Assembly: GCA_030248215.1 (NCBI GenBank)
Contig: JASANG010001204.1
Span: 310,001 to 374,000, forward strand
Length of the DNA stretch: 64,000 bases
Reading direction: 5' to 3'
Source: Enoplolaimus lenunculus
Lineage: Eukaryota
The translations under genes were made by a program, and so were the position numbers. Under the pieces are notes generated by a model. That model was not told the origin of the DNA. It ran no database searches and saw nothing but the letters and a program-made list of their open reading frames with translations. Shown piece after piece: positions 26,831-41,325 of the stretch; position 1 is the first letter of the stretch, and every line of letters starts with the position of its first letter.

Positions 26831-28438
26831 CCTCGAAATCTTTATTCAAATAAGAAATACAAAATTTTTCCCCTTATGCTACAAAAAAAATTAAATAAAA
26901 AAATAATATATAACATAACAGAAGTTATATTATTTGAGTCTAGGTTGTTTTGCTGCATGCATTGGAGCACCAGTTACCTAACTTCCACCCGGCTCCACAT
27001 AGGGCCAATGTAAGGAATAGGGGCGGAAGCCTAAGCCTAAGCCTAAGCGTAAACAATGAGCATATTCCTAACCTAAGCCTAAGCCTAAGCCTAAGCGTAA
27101 CGATGAGCATATTACTAAGCCTAAGTCTATGCCTTATCAACAAAAACGAATTCTAGTCTAAAAATTAGTTGCGCCATATTGAGAAATATTCACGTAGCCG
27201 AAGCTACACAACCGTAATTTAAGGTGCCAATTGCAACTGCAGTTAATTAATATTGTATTACAATGTCTAAACAATATACGTACGCATAAAATGAATTGTC
27301 AAGAATAAATACATTTTAATGTATTTATAAACATGAAGGGTTCACGGGTTACACCCCCACTTTCCTCGAAATAACCGACCATTGTATATTCCATTTGTTT
27401 GCTGAAAGCTGTGGACCTACAACCAGATTGGGGGGTCAGGCGGCCTCAACCTTTACTGCAAGAACGTTGGAACCTTGGCAACCCTAGAAATTGTTCAACC
27501 TTGCGCGCAACGTTTCGTATAAGTTAACGAAACCCTTACATGCGCCTGCTGAAAAATATTTAGTCGCTATAGCAAAGGTGAGCTGGCTATACGCCTGTAA
27601 AGTTGACATATAACAGTTAAAAATTAGATATTTTGGCTTTTGACGTAAAAAAACGTTTGTTTTGTATCTTTTTTTGTGCATTTCAGGCGCAATCCACACA
27701 ATATCGTAAAGCCGAATGCTTGACAAATCCAGCGGAAGACAGTGCAAGGAAAACAAACGGTAACGAAAAATGACTATTTCTGCAAATGTTAATTGGTACA
27801 GTTTTTTTATGAACAAATTCGTGCTTGAATATATATTATTTGTTTATGAATTGTTTTCTGTTGTTAACGTATGACGACAAACCCTAGTTAAATCGTATAA
27901 TAAGGAACCATAACGTCGGGGCGTTTCTTCGAATAATCCGTTAAACATTAAAGGATCGCTTCTGCTATGCTCGCTGAGACCGTTCCATTCACCAGCTGTT
28001 CAATTTCCACCTTTTGACTCAGATACCAGTTATCGATGTCGCGAGCATTTGCTATGCGCGTTGCGCTTTAATAAATTAATTTTCAACCTTAAGCCATGAT
28101 AAAGTAAGCGTTCGATAGGTCAGGCGGCCAATGTGGTGATAGCGAGTGGAATGCAGCAATTTCCAATATTAATCAATGCAAATAGGCTTGCTTTCAAGCG
28201 GCTTCAACGGAATGTCGTATAAGTTGGTGGCTAAACTCGATGGCGTTCATAACAGTTTGATGTATAACTGCTACAGTAAACAAAGATTAATTACGATACA
28301 TTTTCACAAGTTATAGAGTACAGACTGAGATAAGTCTGAGTTGATTTACTGAGCGGGGGGAATAAACTACAAACGGCTTGGCGAGGTGTAAGCTAAAAAA
28401 CGTCACCGGAGTGTAACAGCTACGGTTATTAATAAAAT

Positions 28439-28649
28439 TGGTCAATGTATAGAACAAGGCCGTAACAGTAGTATAAACATGTTCCTAAACCTAAGCATAA
28501 AAATGAGCTCACACCGAAGCCTAAGCATAAGAATGAGCTTATACCTAAGCCTTTATCCTAAGGCTAAGCACAAAATTAGCCTAAAGCTCAGGTTTATTCT
28601 ATGGCAGTCCAACGGAAAACCGTTCTGCCTCTGATCTTTACACGAGCCA
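28439..28649 (-). mobile_element. YGGCC/TTAGGC MITE
   Basis: Degenerate TIRs, cctaag repeats. Confidence 0.75.
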
Positions 28650-28943
28650 TAAGCATGTTAGTAATTGGTTTACTGTATTTTAAAAGCATCATGAGTATAT
28701 TTCAACAGCGGAAATTGCGACACTTTTGGTGGTGCTAGAAAATATTCAGCTGAATCGAGATCGCCGTATCTATTGAATGGAAAAACAAAATCAAGGCAGT
28801 AAAATGTAAAAATGCGTTAAACACTCAATGTTTTTCCTATCATTAGAATTGTTTCATGGCTGACGGAAAACGTTTCTGGTCAGATTGAAACGATGTCGGT
28901 TGCGAGGGCCGCTTTGCCGCATGCATTTGATGCGTTAAATATT

Positions 28944-29133
28944 CGGCCCATGTGTTGGACAGAGCCGGATCGTTTTTCTCAGGAGAGTCAGTTTAAGCTT
29001 TAGACTAAATTTTATGCTTAGGCTTAAGCTTAGGCTTACGCTTAGGAATAGGCTAATCCTTACGCTTAGGCTTTAGGCTTAGACTTTGGAATATGCTTAT
29101 ACTACTGTTCCGGCCCTGTTCTATACATGGCGC
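28944..29133 (+). mobile_element. YGGCC/TTAGGC MITE
   Basis: cggcccatgt ... ggccctgttctatacatgg, ttaggc core. Confidence 0.8.
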
Positions 29134-29816
29134 CTTTTTTATCCTTGCTTATATAATAAGTTAATACATTCGGCTGATTGCATTAGGTTGTTTACATATT
29201 TTGCTTAGACTACTCTCATTGGTGCAGTAAAGAGTTTAGCTGCTGTAAAGCCTTTATATTATAGCTAATCGCAGCGTATTGCACATTTCAACGGTACGCT
29301 CCGCCCAAAGAAAATGAACAAAACTCAATTAGCGATCTTGTCGACTGAGAACGCGTTTAAATTTATAGCATTTATTAAGCAAGTCTTTTACACGGCTTAT
29401 ATACTTGAGTGCATTAGATATTAACACACGTGAACTAATTGCGTCTAGTACAAGGATATATATAAATATATATATATATTATATATTATATATAATATAC
29501 ACTTATAGCGTCATCTGTAACGCAGCAGCCAAACTGACATCATTAAACATTGCTAAATGCAAATGATGAAGTACGCAATTTCGATCCATCAAGCTTTTGT
29601 ATACTGAAATTTGGGAAAAAATTTGGAAGTTTATGCAGATTTCATTGGCCCTTTTCAAGCATATATTAGTGGAATTTCACTGGCAGACATCCAAACTTGG
29701 GAACTTGGGACTGGAAAACTCAGGTTCAGTGCTAGATTAGGCTTATAAAGCTGGGCTTATGTTTAGGTTAAGGTGCAGGTTTAGGCTTACGCTTATGCTT
29801 AGTAGACAGGCCCATA

Positions 29817-30025
29817 CACTGCAAAAAATGGTGAGTCAAATAGACTCTGTCCGAAATAGGCTTTTCCGGACTACACAAATTTAGTTAAATGCGACTCCAT
29901 CAGAGTCAAACGTGCGACTCAGAGAATTGAATTTGACTCGGGAAAAATCGAATTTAACTCAGTTTGTGTAGTCCCGTAGAGCCTATTTCGGAAAGAGTTA
30001 ATTTGATACACCATTTTTTGCAATA
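29817..30025. mobile_element. CACTGCAAAAAATGGTG MITE (EnSpm/CACTA-like termini)
   Basis: Long TIRs and internal gactc/gagtc repeats. Second copy 38750-39014. Confidence 0.75.
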
Positions 30026-30788
30026 GTATATTTGACATAGGTCATTTCGTTTGTAGCAGAGATAGCTCTTAACGGGAGAATTCAACTTAGATAGTGTTGA
30101 TTGGCAAAGAGTACACGTGTATAGGTACGATGCGTGTTTCAGTGATTGAGAAAGTACCAGTTCTTGCGGGCTTAAACAATCTTGTAAAGCTATTAATCAA
30201 AGTTACCACAATCATCGATATTTGACATCATTCCAGACCGAAATTTATGTGCAGTAAAATAGCGATTTCAGGCCGAGTTCAATTTTGTTTGTTAGCAAAC
30301 TTTAACCTTTGTTTACAAATTTAACTATCAAACTTCTACTAAAGATGACGCTGTAGTGTTTTGACCTTTTTAATGAAACAATGGCTAACTAATATTTCTC
30401 AATCAAATTTTTGTCAAATCATACTCAATGTGCGCTATAAGCTTGCAGTGGCGGATTCAGGCACTGCTGAAAGGGGTGGGCGTGTATATTTGGTTAAAAA
30501 TGGGGCACCCAAGGTGCCGCTTAGCTGTTGAGTTAGGCAAAAATACAGTTTCGCAGTAACATAACCATATCATATCCTGTCTGATGGAGGATATCAGATA
30601 TCTTTGGGGAGATTCGAGATTGGGCCGGATGTCAGTTCCGGCAAGGTTTCTTTGACGTCATCGAACTTTTTCATTGATCGTAAGCATACGTTTATCTAGC
30701 GGCTCATGGTCCATGACCAATCATTTACCACATTAACGCCAGTTGAAAACACATTGCTAGCGAAACGAGCGACAATCCAGTCGCATGT

Positions 30789-30991
30789 TGGCCCATGTCA
30801 AGATCAGGGACGGAACGTTTTTCGGTGAAACTAGAATAGAGTAAGCTTAGGCTTTAGTCTAATTTTTTGCCTTGTTTAGGCTTACGCTTAGGCTTACGAA
30901 TGTGACCATTCTTACGCTTAAGCTTAGGGTTAGGCTTATGCTTCGGAATATGCTTATAATACTGTTCCACCTCTGTTCTTTACATTGGCCG
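30789..30991 (+). mobile_element. YGGCC/TTAGGC MITE
   Basis: TIRs and ttaggc core. Confidence 0.8.
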
Positions 30992-32500
30992 TTACGTATA
31001 AATTACAAAGAAATCGGCCTTTGGATCGACTCAGGTTTGAAGTATCGTATAAGTCCAAGAGTCGCAACAAAAGTTAGGCAACAGGAAAAAGTTGGCGAGC
31101 GAAGCGAACGAGAAGCCAGGCGCAATCTTAGCTTATAAATACGTCTCAACACAAAAGTTAAGTTTAGTGAGTTAGAGAAGCAGTCCTTTTGTGTTTGTCC
31201 ATTATTTGAATAATGTGTGTAGATGACGGAAATATGTAAAATCTAATAAAAATGGCTTACCAGTTTCTAACAAACTACTTTTGTAGAAGTAAAATTGTAG
31301 AAAAAAACTCGCAAGGTAATCGAACGCGAAGCTAAAAGAAAACTCTAAAATTATAATTTTATACAACTTAGCTAATTGTTTTACTACTTATTGGGATTTG
31401 TGAAATTAGGTGGCTCAATGTCAACTCAGCTCGGGGTGGTTGAACGTTTGAATAACCAGAGTTCCTGCCGACGCCAATGTCCAGTTAATAGTAAACACGT
31501 TTGAAACGAAACGACTCATCATGGATACTTTATTCTCAACTGTACATGCACATTTAGAGGGCGAACAGTAGCGAATTAAGAAATTTCACTGAAAGGGGGG
31601 TGAAACGCAATTGTGGGCAACTTTCGCGAACGACAAGCTAAACGCAATTTTTTGTACTAAGCCTTAGTACAAAATCGTGGGTTTGAACCCTGTCAGAGGC
31701 GGGCATAGCTCGAAGGGGCACGTTTTGAATTCGACAATGAATGAAGTGGCACGTTTTGAATTCGACAATGAATGCAAACATTCAAATATCCACCGCAAAC
31801 ACCTAATATTAGCCCTCATAATAATGTGTTCGTGTTAATTTTGACACAATTTAACGCGAAACAATATTGCTTGTTTACATATTCTCGGTGTATTTGGTCA
31901 GTCTATAACCGGTATCCGGTGATTATTGTTCGCAGCTCATTGCAAGGGTTGCCATATGCAAACATTATGCCGGGTGACACGTGGCTTATTATAGTCATAA
32001 TTGGGTTATCGAATTCAACTATTTTATATTGACTGGAAGTGCGGATGTGGGGATCAACTTGGTATATTGAGCACATACCTATTAAAATAGTCACAATTTC
32101 ACATTTTGTCATTTATTGCATGGCTCATATTTAGATCTTGGGCTGATCGCTTTTCCGCGGAACGATCTTGGGCTGATCGCTTTTCCGCGGAACTGTAACT
32201 GAGTAAAGCTTAAACATTACTTATTTTTATATAAGCTTAGGCCGTGACAGCGTTGTAGATTTATCCTTACGCTGAGGTTTAGGCTTATCTTTTGGAAATG
32301 CTTGTTTATACACACTGTCATGGCCGTGTTCTATACCTGGGACGGCCAATGCTTTGCGTTCTTTGTTCTAAATGTATGATTACATAGATAGAATTTTAGA
32401 AATAACAAAGCAATATGAATTTGTTATGAATTTCAATTTCTGTTCCGTCATATTTTACCTTAATCTGGAATCGTGAATGACGCATTTTCTTACGAAAATT

Positions 32501-32709
32501 TGGCCAATGTAAAAAACAGGGACGGAACAGTATTATAACATTATTCCTAAGCCTAATCATAAGCCTAAGCCTAAACGTAAAAATGAGTTTATTCCTATTC
32601 TTAAGCCTAAACCTAGCCTAAGCCAAGCAAAAATATTAGTCTAAAGCTTAAGCGTATTCCATTCAAGTCCCACAGAAAAACGTTCCACTCCTGATCTTTA
32701 CATGGGCCG
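32501..32709 (-). mobile_element. YGGCC/TTAGGC MITE
   Basis: Perfect 6-bp TSD aaaatt. Confidence 0.85.
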
Positions 32710-34818
32710 AAAATTTAAATAACTTTCCCAAAAGAATTCCCTCGTTATGAACCCAATGGGTTCAGGCTCACGTTTAGGTTTACAATCGTACCTTGAGTTT
32801 CCACAACCTGGTTTAGGTGTACGGTACATATCACAGTCGTGCTGATCATTCAAAGTTTGCCAGACTGCGCATCATCCGTACGCCAACAAATTCTGTGGAA
32901 ACAATTAAAAATTATAAATCGTTGAAACAACAGCAACGTTTACCCTTGACCGTATTCAGCGGTGTTCGCGTAAAAATACGTCTGGGGGGGGGCAATGAAA
33001 AATGTTCAGATACCCCTACAATTTCAACTCAACATTGTTTACTTTTTTTACACCGAGTCATTTGGAGGTGGGTGCACCAGCCGAATTTGGGTGAGGGAGA
33101 CACAGCCCCCCCCATTGGCCCTCGTGGGGACGCTTGTGACAATATTTCTGCAAATGCGATGGAACACCGCCGCACGTGTCGCTCAGATCCATTTAAAATG
33201 GCATCGCGTCATACAGAAACTTTTATGTAACAACAAAAGTCTAAAAGCCGAATAACAGTAGTTGTTGTTGTTGCGTTCAATTGTAAATCTAATTATCTGC
33301 TTGATACTTGAGTCAATTATTTATTTATGACCGTTACAATGTGTGGCGTTAACATCTCCAGAAGGCTTTGTATCAATGCGCCTGGCGAATCCGTGATTGT
33401 TTCTCGAACGGTTTTCAAAAGGGGATCAGCGAACGTTTCTGCCTGATAAGAGTTTCCCATAAAGGTTAATAGATTTTTTTGTCAGGAGTTAAAGTGTAGC
33501 GGCTTTTAGGTGATGGAACAGTTGACTTTATAGCGGCTATGATATGTTCGACGTGAAAATGTTTCAAACTTGATAAATTGCGCACATTTTGCAGTAAATA
33601 TTTGAAGAAAGCAAAAATTGCTGCGTGATGGTTAAAATACGAAAACAAAACATTGTTCACTGCCTGTCGGCGGCGAACGAAAACTGAGGGTTTTCATTAA
33701 TTAGCTTATATCTGCAACAATGCTCTGCGATCAATTATTTGACGTCTCATCCAGCGTTGTTGCGATATTCAGTGTGGCGTTCAAACTATTTCCACTGACA
33801 GTTTAATAATAAATGTCACCGACAGGTAAATTAAATTTTTTTGACACACGCACATGACAGAAAGCTATCTTTCCATTGAATTGACTACAATTTTTACACC
33901 GATTACACGTTCAAAAAGACAACTTTTATGCTTATTCCTTATTTCAATTACGCCCCGTATCCATCTATAAATTTTGCATATGAACAAATTTTTTACCGAG
34001 TGCTTGCAAAATCATAAATGTACTATTTGCGATACATAGTTCTTGGACTCATGGCTTACAAACATATCCGTTGTGTTCTATTGGCAACATCGAGGACATA
34101 ACATCAACTTTCACTGTGATTCTTTTGTGAAAAATTTTCTGTCATGACGTTTCGAAAGCTAACTACTGCTAACTCGGCAGTGCCAGCATCTCAGTATATG
34201 CTTGTCCGTGTTCCTTCCAATACGACATTGCCGGCAGAACATATAATACTTGTCGACATAGCTAGTCGATGATGTCAACCGCAATTGAAGAGACAGCGTT
34301 CGCCTGCGGATCCGCAGGATGAGAGTTTAATCAGTCCTCCGTACGCCCGCTTTTCCGTCTGCTTAAATATGACCAAAGGGTCTGAAGTTTCCGATCGATC
34401 TTTGCATGCCGGTAAAGGCTGTGCCCTGTTTTTGTGACGCGCTTTGATTGGAATGTTCAAACTCAAACCAAACCGAAAATATTTTGATAAATTTTCATTC
34501 AGTTGAATTGGTGACATTTAATGATTTGACACGATACAGTACTTAGACGGATGTTCTCCCACAGGATCGCATTTATGGCCTATATATGTATGCATGCGTT
34601 TGACTTCCGTGACATACTTATAAACGCAGTCCATATTATAAAGGACGCGTGCCCAAGGTCAACCAGGAACATTCTGTTTTTTGAATTTCATCATAACAGT
34701 TGGATTTTGAACGAATGTTGGGGTTGTTTCGTCTCAATATTGTCAATAGATTATCGATTTTGACCAATTTTTTTACAACTTGAATTCGCTCTTGTAGTAA
34801 AATTAGCCACCAATAAAA

Positions 34819-34959
34819 TGGCTCATGTTACTTTAATGGGGCGTCACGGTTTCTGGTGGGTCTATAAAAGAATAGGTTTAGATTCTAGATTACATTCTTT
34901 TTGCTTAGGCTTAGGAATACGCTTAATCTACTGGTACACACTAAAAGTAACACTGGCTA
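34819..34959 (+). mobile_element. YGGCC/TTAGGC MITE (gttac subfamily)
   Basis: Perfect 6-bp TSD ataaaa. Confidence 0.8.
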
Positions 34960-35080
34960 ATAAAATTACGGGATGACAGTGTTCGTTAGTGCCGTTGTTT
35001 TGCCACGTAACTAATTGGGTTCTCTTAGTGCTAAGTTTTTTGGTTTAAGACAAAAATTCTTCCATTTGTTTTTTACGTTA

Positions 35081-35504
35081 CTGTAGTGACCCGAATAAAA
35101 GCAGGTCCCCATTTGGAGTCCCTATCAATAGCAGTCCGCATCCCTAATAAGAGTCCGCAAGCGGATAGAGTCCCTAAACCCTAATTAGACTCCATAAATG
35201 TCAATTATTTCTAATTGTAGCACATAAATGACTCCAGAACCAAATAAACTTGAGTTCAAAACTGGCGTACTTAAGTTTTGAAAGTAACATTCTAAAGTAT
35301 AACGTTGCATTAAATCTCAAGCTTGTAAAGCAAGGTAAAAAACGTTTAATTCAACGGATAGTTGAAATACCGGTATATCACTAAAGAAGTGTGGCGGAGA
35401 TCTGGTTGAAAATAAATAACACTCCATAACCGAATAACAAGGGGGGTGCCCTCTAGAGAGGCCGAACAAATATCAGTCCCCCGCTCTTATTCGGCTCACT
35501 ACAG
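35081..35504 (-). mobile_element. TA-flanked CTGTAGTGACC MITE
   Basis: TA|ctgtagtgacccgaataa ... ttattcggctcactacag|TA. Confidence 0.85.
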
Positions 35505-36225
35505 TATACCAGTTGGTATTGAAATTTTCAGAAACGGCTAACTTTTATTGCATTGATCATTCGTTTCAAAATGTCTTAGACTCAGCTCAGTCGTTAGACG
35601 ATCAAATTTCGGGTGTTACTTATTGTAAGTTTTTAGATAAATTGACCAAGTTTTCCTTGGATCGGAATTGTTGAACAAGATACCATGGACCGGCAGTTAT
35701 CATCACGGTTTAGAAAAATACAGTAGAACCCAATTTGCAATCCTTAACGAAATCCACCATGTAAAGGTTCAATGGCTATCCGTTAGACGAGAAGCAAATT
35801 AACCAATTCTTGACCTAAATCATCTTTACCCTGCCGTTTTGCTGTAGACGCCTTAATGTATAAAGCAGCATCGACGGATCCAAGTGTGGCAACCCCACTC
35901 CAGTCTAAAATTTCTGTGTTTTGCCACTGGTCGTAGCCGACTTGAAAATTAATTTGTCCATTTCTTGAGCGTATCTGCCAACTTATATTTTGATAGCATT
36001 ACTGTAAATTTGCGGTTCCGAGTCATCGCTGATTACTTTGCGGGATTAACTTAAAATGCTTTCATGTCTCAAATTTGTGTTCCAATATTCTACGAGCAAA
36101 TATCGGTCAGAAACAAATCATTAAATTGCTTCCTTGAATATTGATTTTGAGCAAAAGCGCCTACGGTTTTAACCTGAAGAGCCAAAATACGCGTTAAGAT
36201 ACATTTGATGAGTCTGTGAACACAT

Positions 36226-36530
36226 TAGCGAATCCGGAGGAGGTTGAGATAGGAGCGTACCCCCCATCGTCAGAAATGTGTTTGTGTTTAAATGATAAGG
36301 TCCCCACTTTACAATTTTTTCGCCTCAGAAATTTTGTTTTGTAAAAACACTATTTTTCCCGCAGAATTTCCTTTGAGATAAAATGGTAAGGTCCCCCTGT
36401 CTTACAATTTTTTGCTCTCAGAAAATTTTTTGCTAATAAAATGATAAGGTCCACCTTACAATTTTTGCGTTTCATAACATTTGCCAGCCAGCTCGCCCCC
36501 CTCCATCAAAACATTTTGGATCCGCCTCTG
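36226..36530. mobile_element. hAT-like MITE with internal direct repeats
   Basis: gcgaatcc ... ggatccgcctctg ends, three aaatgataaggtcc repeats. Confidence 0.5.
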
Positions 36531-37991
36531 CACGAACACACCGGGTTAAATACACTCGCGTTTCGATGGACCTACAGTAAGAAAATCATTATTGGATATC
36601 GCGACCGAGACTTATACCGTGTTTTGCTTTCATGCACTATTCTGTTGTCTATTTTCCTTTGCATCTTAGCATCACGCGTTTCATCCGTTATTCGGACATG
36701 GTGGCAAAGCTGTGTGCAAATTGTAAGAACGTTCTATTATTTGTGAATATTAATTTAGGGATAACTTTGTCGTTTAGGATTTTCATCCTGAAATCCTAAC
36801 GATGCCTCGACCGTGTTAGTTTAAAGCTTTTCAAAATTTTTTGACGTTAGTTTTGTTATGAAAAATTCTGACAGCCATGCAAACAAACTGACCCCACCAA
36901 CCCCCTTCGCTTACTAACTACATATTTATTTATGTGTGTCGAGAGAAAGAGTATATAATTATAGATTTCTTTTTCTTTGGTCTAAAGTTCTTATATCTAA
37001 CGATAAACTCTCGAGCGTTCGCGTTGTTCGTCAGAAAAGTGTGTGACAATGGGCGAAACTAACTCGTACGCAGTCTTCTTAGAGGTGCTGTGCCCTAGAA
37101 AGAGCCAAACAAAAACCTTATCCCATATACCATCTGGTGTTAATGTAAGTAGTACCAGTCGTAAGTATATATCGACAGACATACAATATGCTTATTTTCG
37201 TGGCCTTACTTTAATAAGCAACTTTGTGCTAAGAGACGAAAAGTGTTTGGCAAGTTGCTGTCAGGTTTAAGCTTAAAATTTATGCAAACACCGTCAGTTT
37301 GAGTTTTATAGTTGTGTATAATGTTTAGCCGATAAATGCTAGATTGACAATTGTTCAAAATATTTTAGTGCGGTATATTCATGAAAATGTTTCAAAACCT
37401 GCGTAATTTATTGCCGTAGATTAGGCGTGTGGTCGGTAGTATTTTTGAAAAATTATTAAGCAATACTGCTGGTTCAGTTCCGTTTTATCATAGATGTGTG
37501 CTACAGTAGTGTGCAAAAATCAAAATGGATCCCATAGTTTTTAGAAATATTATTTTTTTGCTAACTACTGTGATACCGAGTACGAAAGCATTGGCAAATC
37601 ACATTGCCGGTTCAAACCATCACCCCCCATAACTCCATTTGGAAGGATGTCCCGCATCAAAAGTAGCCCCCCCCCCGTCATAAGCGGTTAAAACCAAAAC
37701 GGACGAAGTTTTCAAACGCGTCTCACTCGGTATTAAACACCGACAAATTCTGGATCCACCTCTACGGTAGGGGGCCCCGCACCCTGGAGTTTCGACGCAG
37801 CCTCCACTGTGCGTGCTTCATCACTGGCTACTCACAAAGCACACCGACAATTGGACATTTTTTTCAAAATCTTTGAAATAAAAAAATCAACCAAATTTCC
37901 TAACCAAATGACCACAGTTGCTGCAGTGAGGTTTTTATGCATTGTTCTTAGCTAACGATTTGAACTCAAGCTTTTCACAATTAAACCATCG

Positions 37992-38300
37992 TTGAAAAAA
38001 ATTTTAGCATCATAAAACAAATTGTCTAAAATTTAACACAGAAACATTTAGGTTGAAAAAAATTTTAGCAGCATAAAACAAATTGTGTAAAATTTAACAC
38101 AGAAACATTTAGGTTGAAAAAATTTTTAGCAGCATAAAACAAATTGTGTAAAATTTAACACAGAAACTTTTAGGGTGAAAATTTTTTTAGCATCATAAAA
38201 GAAATTGTGTAAAATTTAACACAGAAACATTTAGGGTGAAAAATTTTTTAGCATCATAAAACAAATTGTCTAAAATTTAACACAGAAACATTTAGGGTGA
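37992..38300 (+). repeat. Minisatellite, ~60-bp unit x5
   Basis: Unit ttgaaaaaaattttagcatcataaaacaaattgtgtaaaatttaacacagaaacatttagg. Confidence 0.95.
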
Positions 38301-38749
38301 ATTTTGTAGACAAATTCAAAGAGCGAATGCTCACACCTGTCGCTCTGCTGCCTATACATGAATGGTGTGTGTGTGAGTATACGTTCCCGTATCTCCGGTT
38401 GTTTGCTTGAGAACAAGGCGCAAAAATGTGTCATATTTTTAGTCGTACCTCATTAATATTAAATGTTAATTACATGTAGAGAGACATATATATATGTATA
38501 TACTTGTACGTTAACTATTGTGTATGCAAACATGTTCCTAGTAGGTTTGGTATGTTACACAATCTTGTGAACCATGTGGTAGCCAATGCATAATTCAACA
38601 GCTTTACTTTTAGGCGAGTCCAAACCAGGATATACACACCATTGGACAACGATCTTAACGGACGTGTCTGTCTGATATTATACGTACAATTCACGAGTGA
38701 TAACGATGACAGAACTTTTCAGAGACAACAAAAAACTTCAGGAACTGCA

Positions 38750-39014
38750 CACTGCAAAAAAATGGTGCGTCAAATTGACTCTCTCCGAAATAGATTCTGT
38801 GGAACTATACAAACGGAGTCAAATTTGACTACGCCAGAATCAAACGTACGACATGAATCAATTCACTGGAATTTATAGTGTGTGCCGAAATAGCAATGCA
38901 ATTAATCAGGTGAGTCGAATTTGACTCTGACGGAGCCGAATTTGACTCAGTTTGTTTAGTCCCGTAGAGCCTGTTTCGGAGAGAGTCAATTTTGATTCAC
39001 CATTTTTTGCAGTG
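38750..39014. mobile_element. CACTGCAAAAAATGGTG MITE
   Basis: CA|cactgcaaaaaaatggtg ... caccattttttgcagtg|CA (2-bp TSD). Confidence 0.8.
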
Positions 39015-39163
39015 CATGTTTACAAAAGATTAGCAATTTTGAAGCAGTAATACTGCGCTGAATTTGGCCAAAGTAATTTTATGATGTTTTAATATGTTTC
39101 AGCGATTTTTCTGGTTTCTATCAAATTTATGGCAAACCATGTTTCTACTATTAATAACCTAAG

Positions 39164-39367
39164 CGGCCAGGTAGGTCTATAAAAGAGTAGGTTTACATTC
39201 TAGATTACGTTTTGTTGCTTAGGCTTAGGCTTAGGCGTAAGCTTCGGAATACGCTTTTGCAACGCTTAGGCTTAGGCTTAGGAACACGCTTTTGCAATGC
39301 TTAGGCTTAGACTTAGGCTTAGAAATACGCTGAATATACTGATAAGCCTCTAAAATAACATTGACCG
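39164..39367 (+). mobile_element. YGGCC/TTAGGC MITE (gttac subfamily, left-truncated)
   Basis: ggtctataaaagagtaggttt, ttaggc core, acattgacc end. Confidence 0.75.
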
Positions 39368-40649
39368 TCATTCACATTTTTCACAATTTTTAGCCTGAAT
39401 TTGTCAAATTTGTTACGTCAGCCTTTTTATGACCAATTCGCTAGCTGCTCACGGATTGTTATTCTGTATAGCTTTACCATTTGTTTTTTGTTCTTTTTGA
39501 TTATATTTAATTCCAGTTGAAGCTTTTGCAAACGCGTCTATGATATAAATTAGTCGTTGAAGGTTTAGCTAAGAGCGAAATTTCTACAGACAGAAATATA
39601 CACTTTTGTTTGAGTTGAATAAATATTACCGGACAGTTGAACATATACAATGAATGCATGTATTTGAACGGATTTTCACTCAAAATAACCGGATATGAGT
39701 ACATGATAATCACATCATTCAAATGCTTTAGCAATAATATTAGATCGCAATACATATATATGCAAATATATAGTACACTTTTACAGTCCCACGCTTAGTG
39801 GCTATGGTTACAATTTATTAGTTTAAATTAAAAGTGAAATTTAGAGGTTAATATTGTTTAATTTACTTTAAAATCAAAATAATAAACAAACGAAACGTAT
39901 ACGAATATAATGATAGCATTCAGTCACCAGTAAAAATTTGGACCAAATTGGCAAGTAATGTTTAGTATCGCACTTAATTTTTTATATTTAAGTCTTTATC
40001 AAGCCCGCAGCGCAGCTTACCATGCTTGTGGGGGCTAAAAATTTGACAGGAGGTACATACAAGGTGTTTCAATGACTTACAAGCAAGGTTGAAAATAATC
40101 GTGGGGGGCAAAATTTTAAAACGGAGTTTAGCCTCTCTGGTTCCCCCTGACTACGGGCTCGGTCTTAATATTTCTAAAATGTAACTTTGGGAGAAATCAG
40201 CTCAATTACAAGGCTTCTGTGATAAATCAGTCGTTAAATGGATGTTAGAATCGGATTAGGCTTTGGAAAATAATCGAAATTACGGATAGGTTTGCACGCT
40301 TTTAACGCTGACAGCCTGACAGCGAGAATTTGTTCTCTATTACGTATAAAAGCATATCTGTTCTCGAATGGACCTTGGAAGCGATGGCTGTACAAGACTC
40401 GCTCAGATCAATATGCGAACTTCTTATAAACTCTTTGCTCTTTGCATTTGCTTTTGCGAAAATTTTGTGATTGTGCCGGTAAAGACTCTGAGTACTTCGT
40501 ATGGACTCCGCTCTAAGGATAGCCCAAGTCAACTCTGAGTGCTCCGTATGGACTCCACTCTAAGGATAGGCGAAGTCAAGCCGGTGATTAACAGAACGCG
40601 TTAAATAAAACCAGGAAAGAGCTTAATAGCCTTAAGGATAGAAGTGTAG

Positions 40650-40829
40650 ACCCATATTACTTTTGGGCCGTCATAGTTCTTGATGGATCTGTATAAGACA
40701 AAGATTACATTCTAAACTACATTTTTTCGCGTAGACTTAGACTTAGGCTTAGGAACACACTTTTGCAACGGTTACGCTTTAGGCTTAGAAACGCGGTTAG
40801 TCTAACGGACGTAAAAGTAACAATTGCCA
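40650..40829 (+). mobile_element. YGGCC/TTAGGC MITE (degenerate)
   Basis: acccatattacttttgggccgtc ... aaaagtaacaattgcca. Confidence 0.65.
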
Positions 40830-41152
40830 AACTTGATATAACTGATATTTTTGGGAGTGTATATTGTATCCGTTTAAGTTTTGATTTTGACGAAACATTG
40901 GAAAAGGAATTTGACACATACAAGTTGACTGTGACGTTATAGAACAACACCAAGTTTAGTCTGCGCCCCTGCGTTAGCATTTTTCATAGTTTTACACAAT
41001 TCGAATGAACGCAAACGTGTGCTTTAATCTGACATTTTACTTTTGTACAGGATTTGAATTCTAAGCTTTACTTGTGAAAGTTATTTCAAGTAATTCTATT
41101 TGAAAACTAAAACCAAAATGTTTAACGAACTCATTTTTCTAATCATTATTTA

Positions 41153-41325
41153 CGACCCGTATATAGAACAGGGCCGGAACAGTAGTATAACCAAATTCCT
41201 AAGCCTAAGCGTATAGATAAGCCTATTCTTAAGCCTAAACCTAAGGAAAAAAATGGTCTAAAGCTTAAACTGACTCTATTATAGCCCGTCCTGAAAACGA
41301 TCCGGCCCTGTCTATACATGGGCCT
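41153..41325 (-). mobile_element. YGGCC/TTAGGC MITE
   Basis: TIRs, TSD tattta/tatttt. Confidence 0.8.

Noticed and set aside
37051..37145. Alternative POU4 first exon (MGETNS...GVN followed by gtaagt, TATA-like word upstream)
   Set aside because: No similarity to POU4 N-termini, whereas 43256-43378 carries the conserved MRRxC motif.
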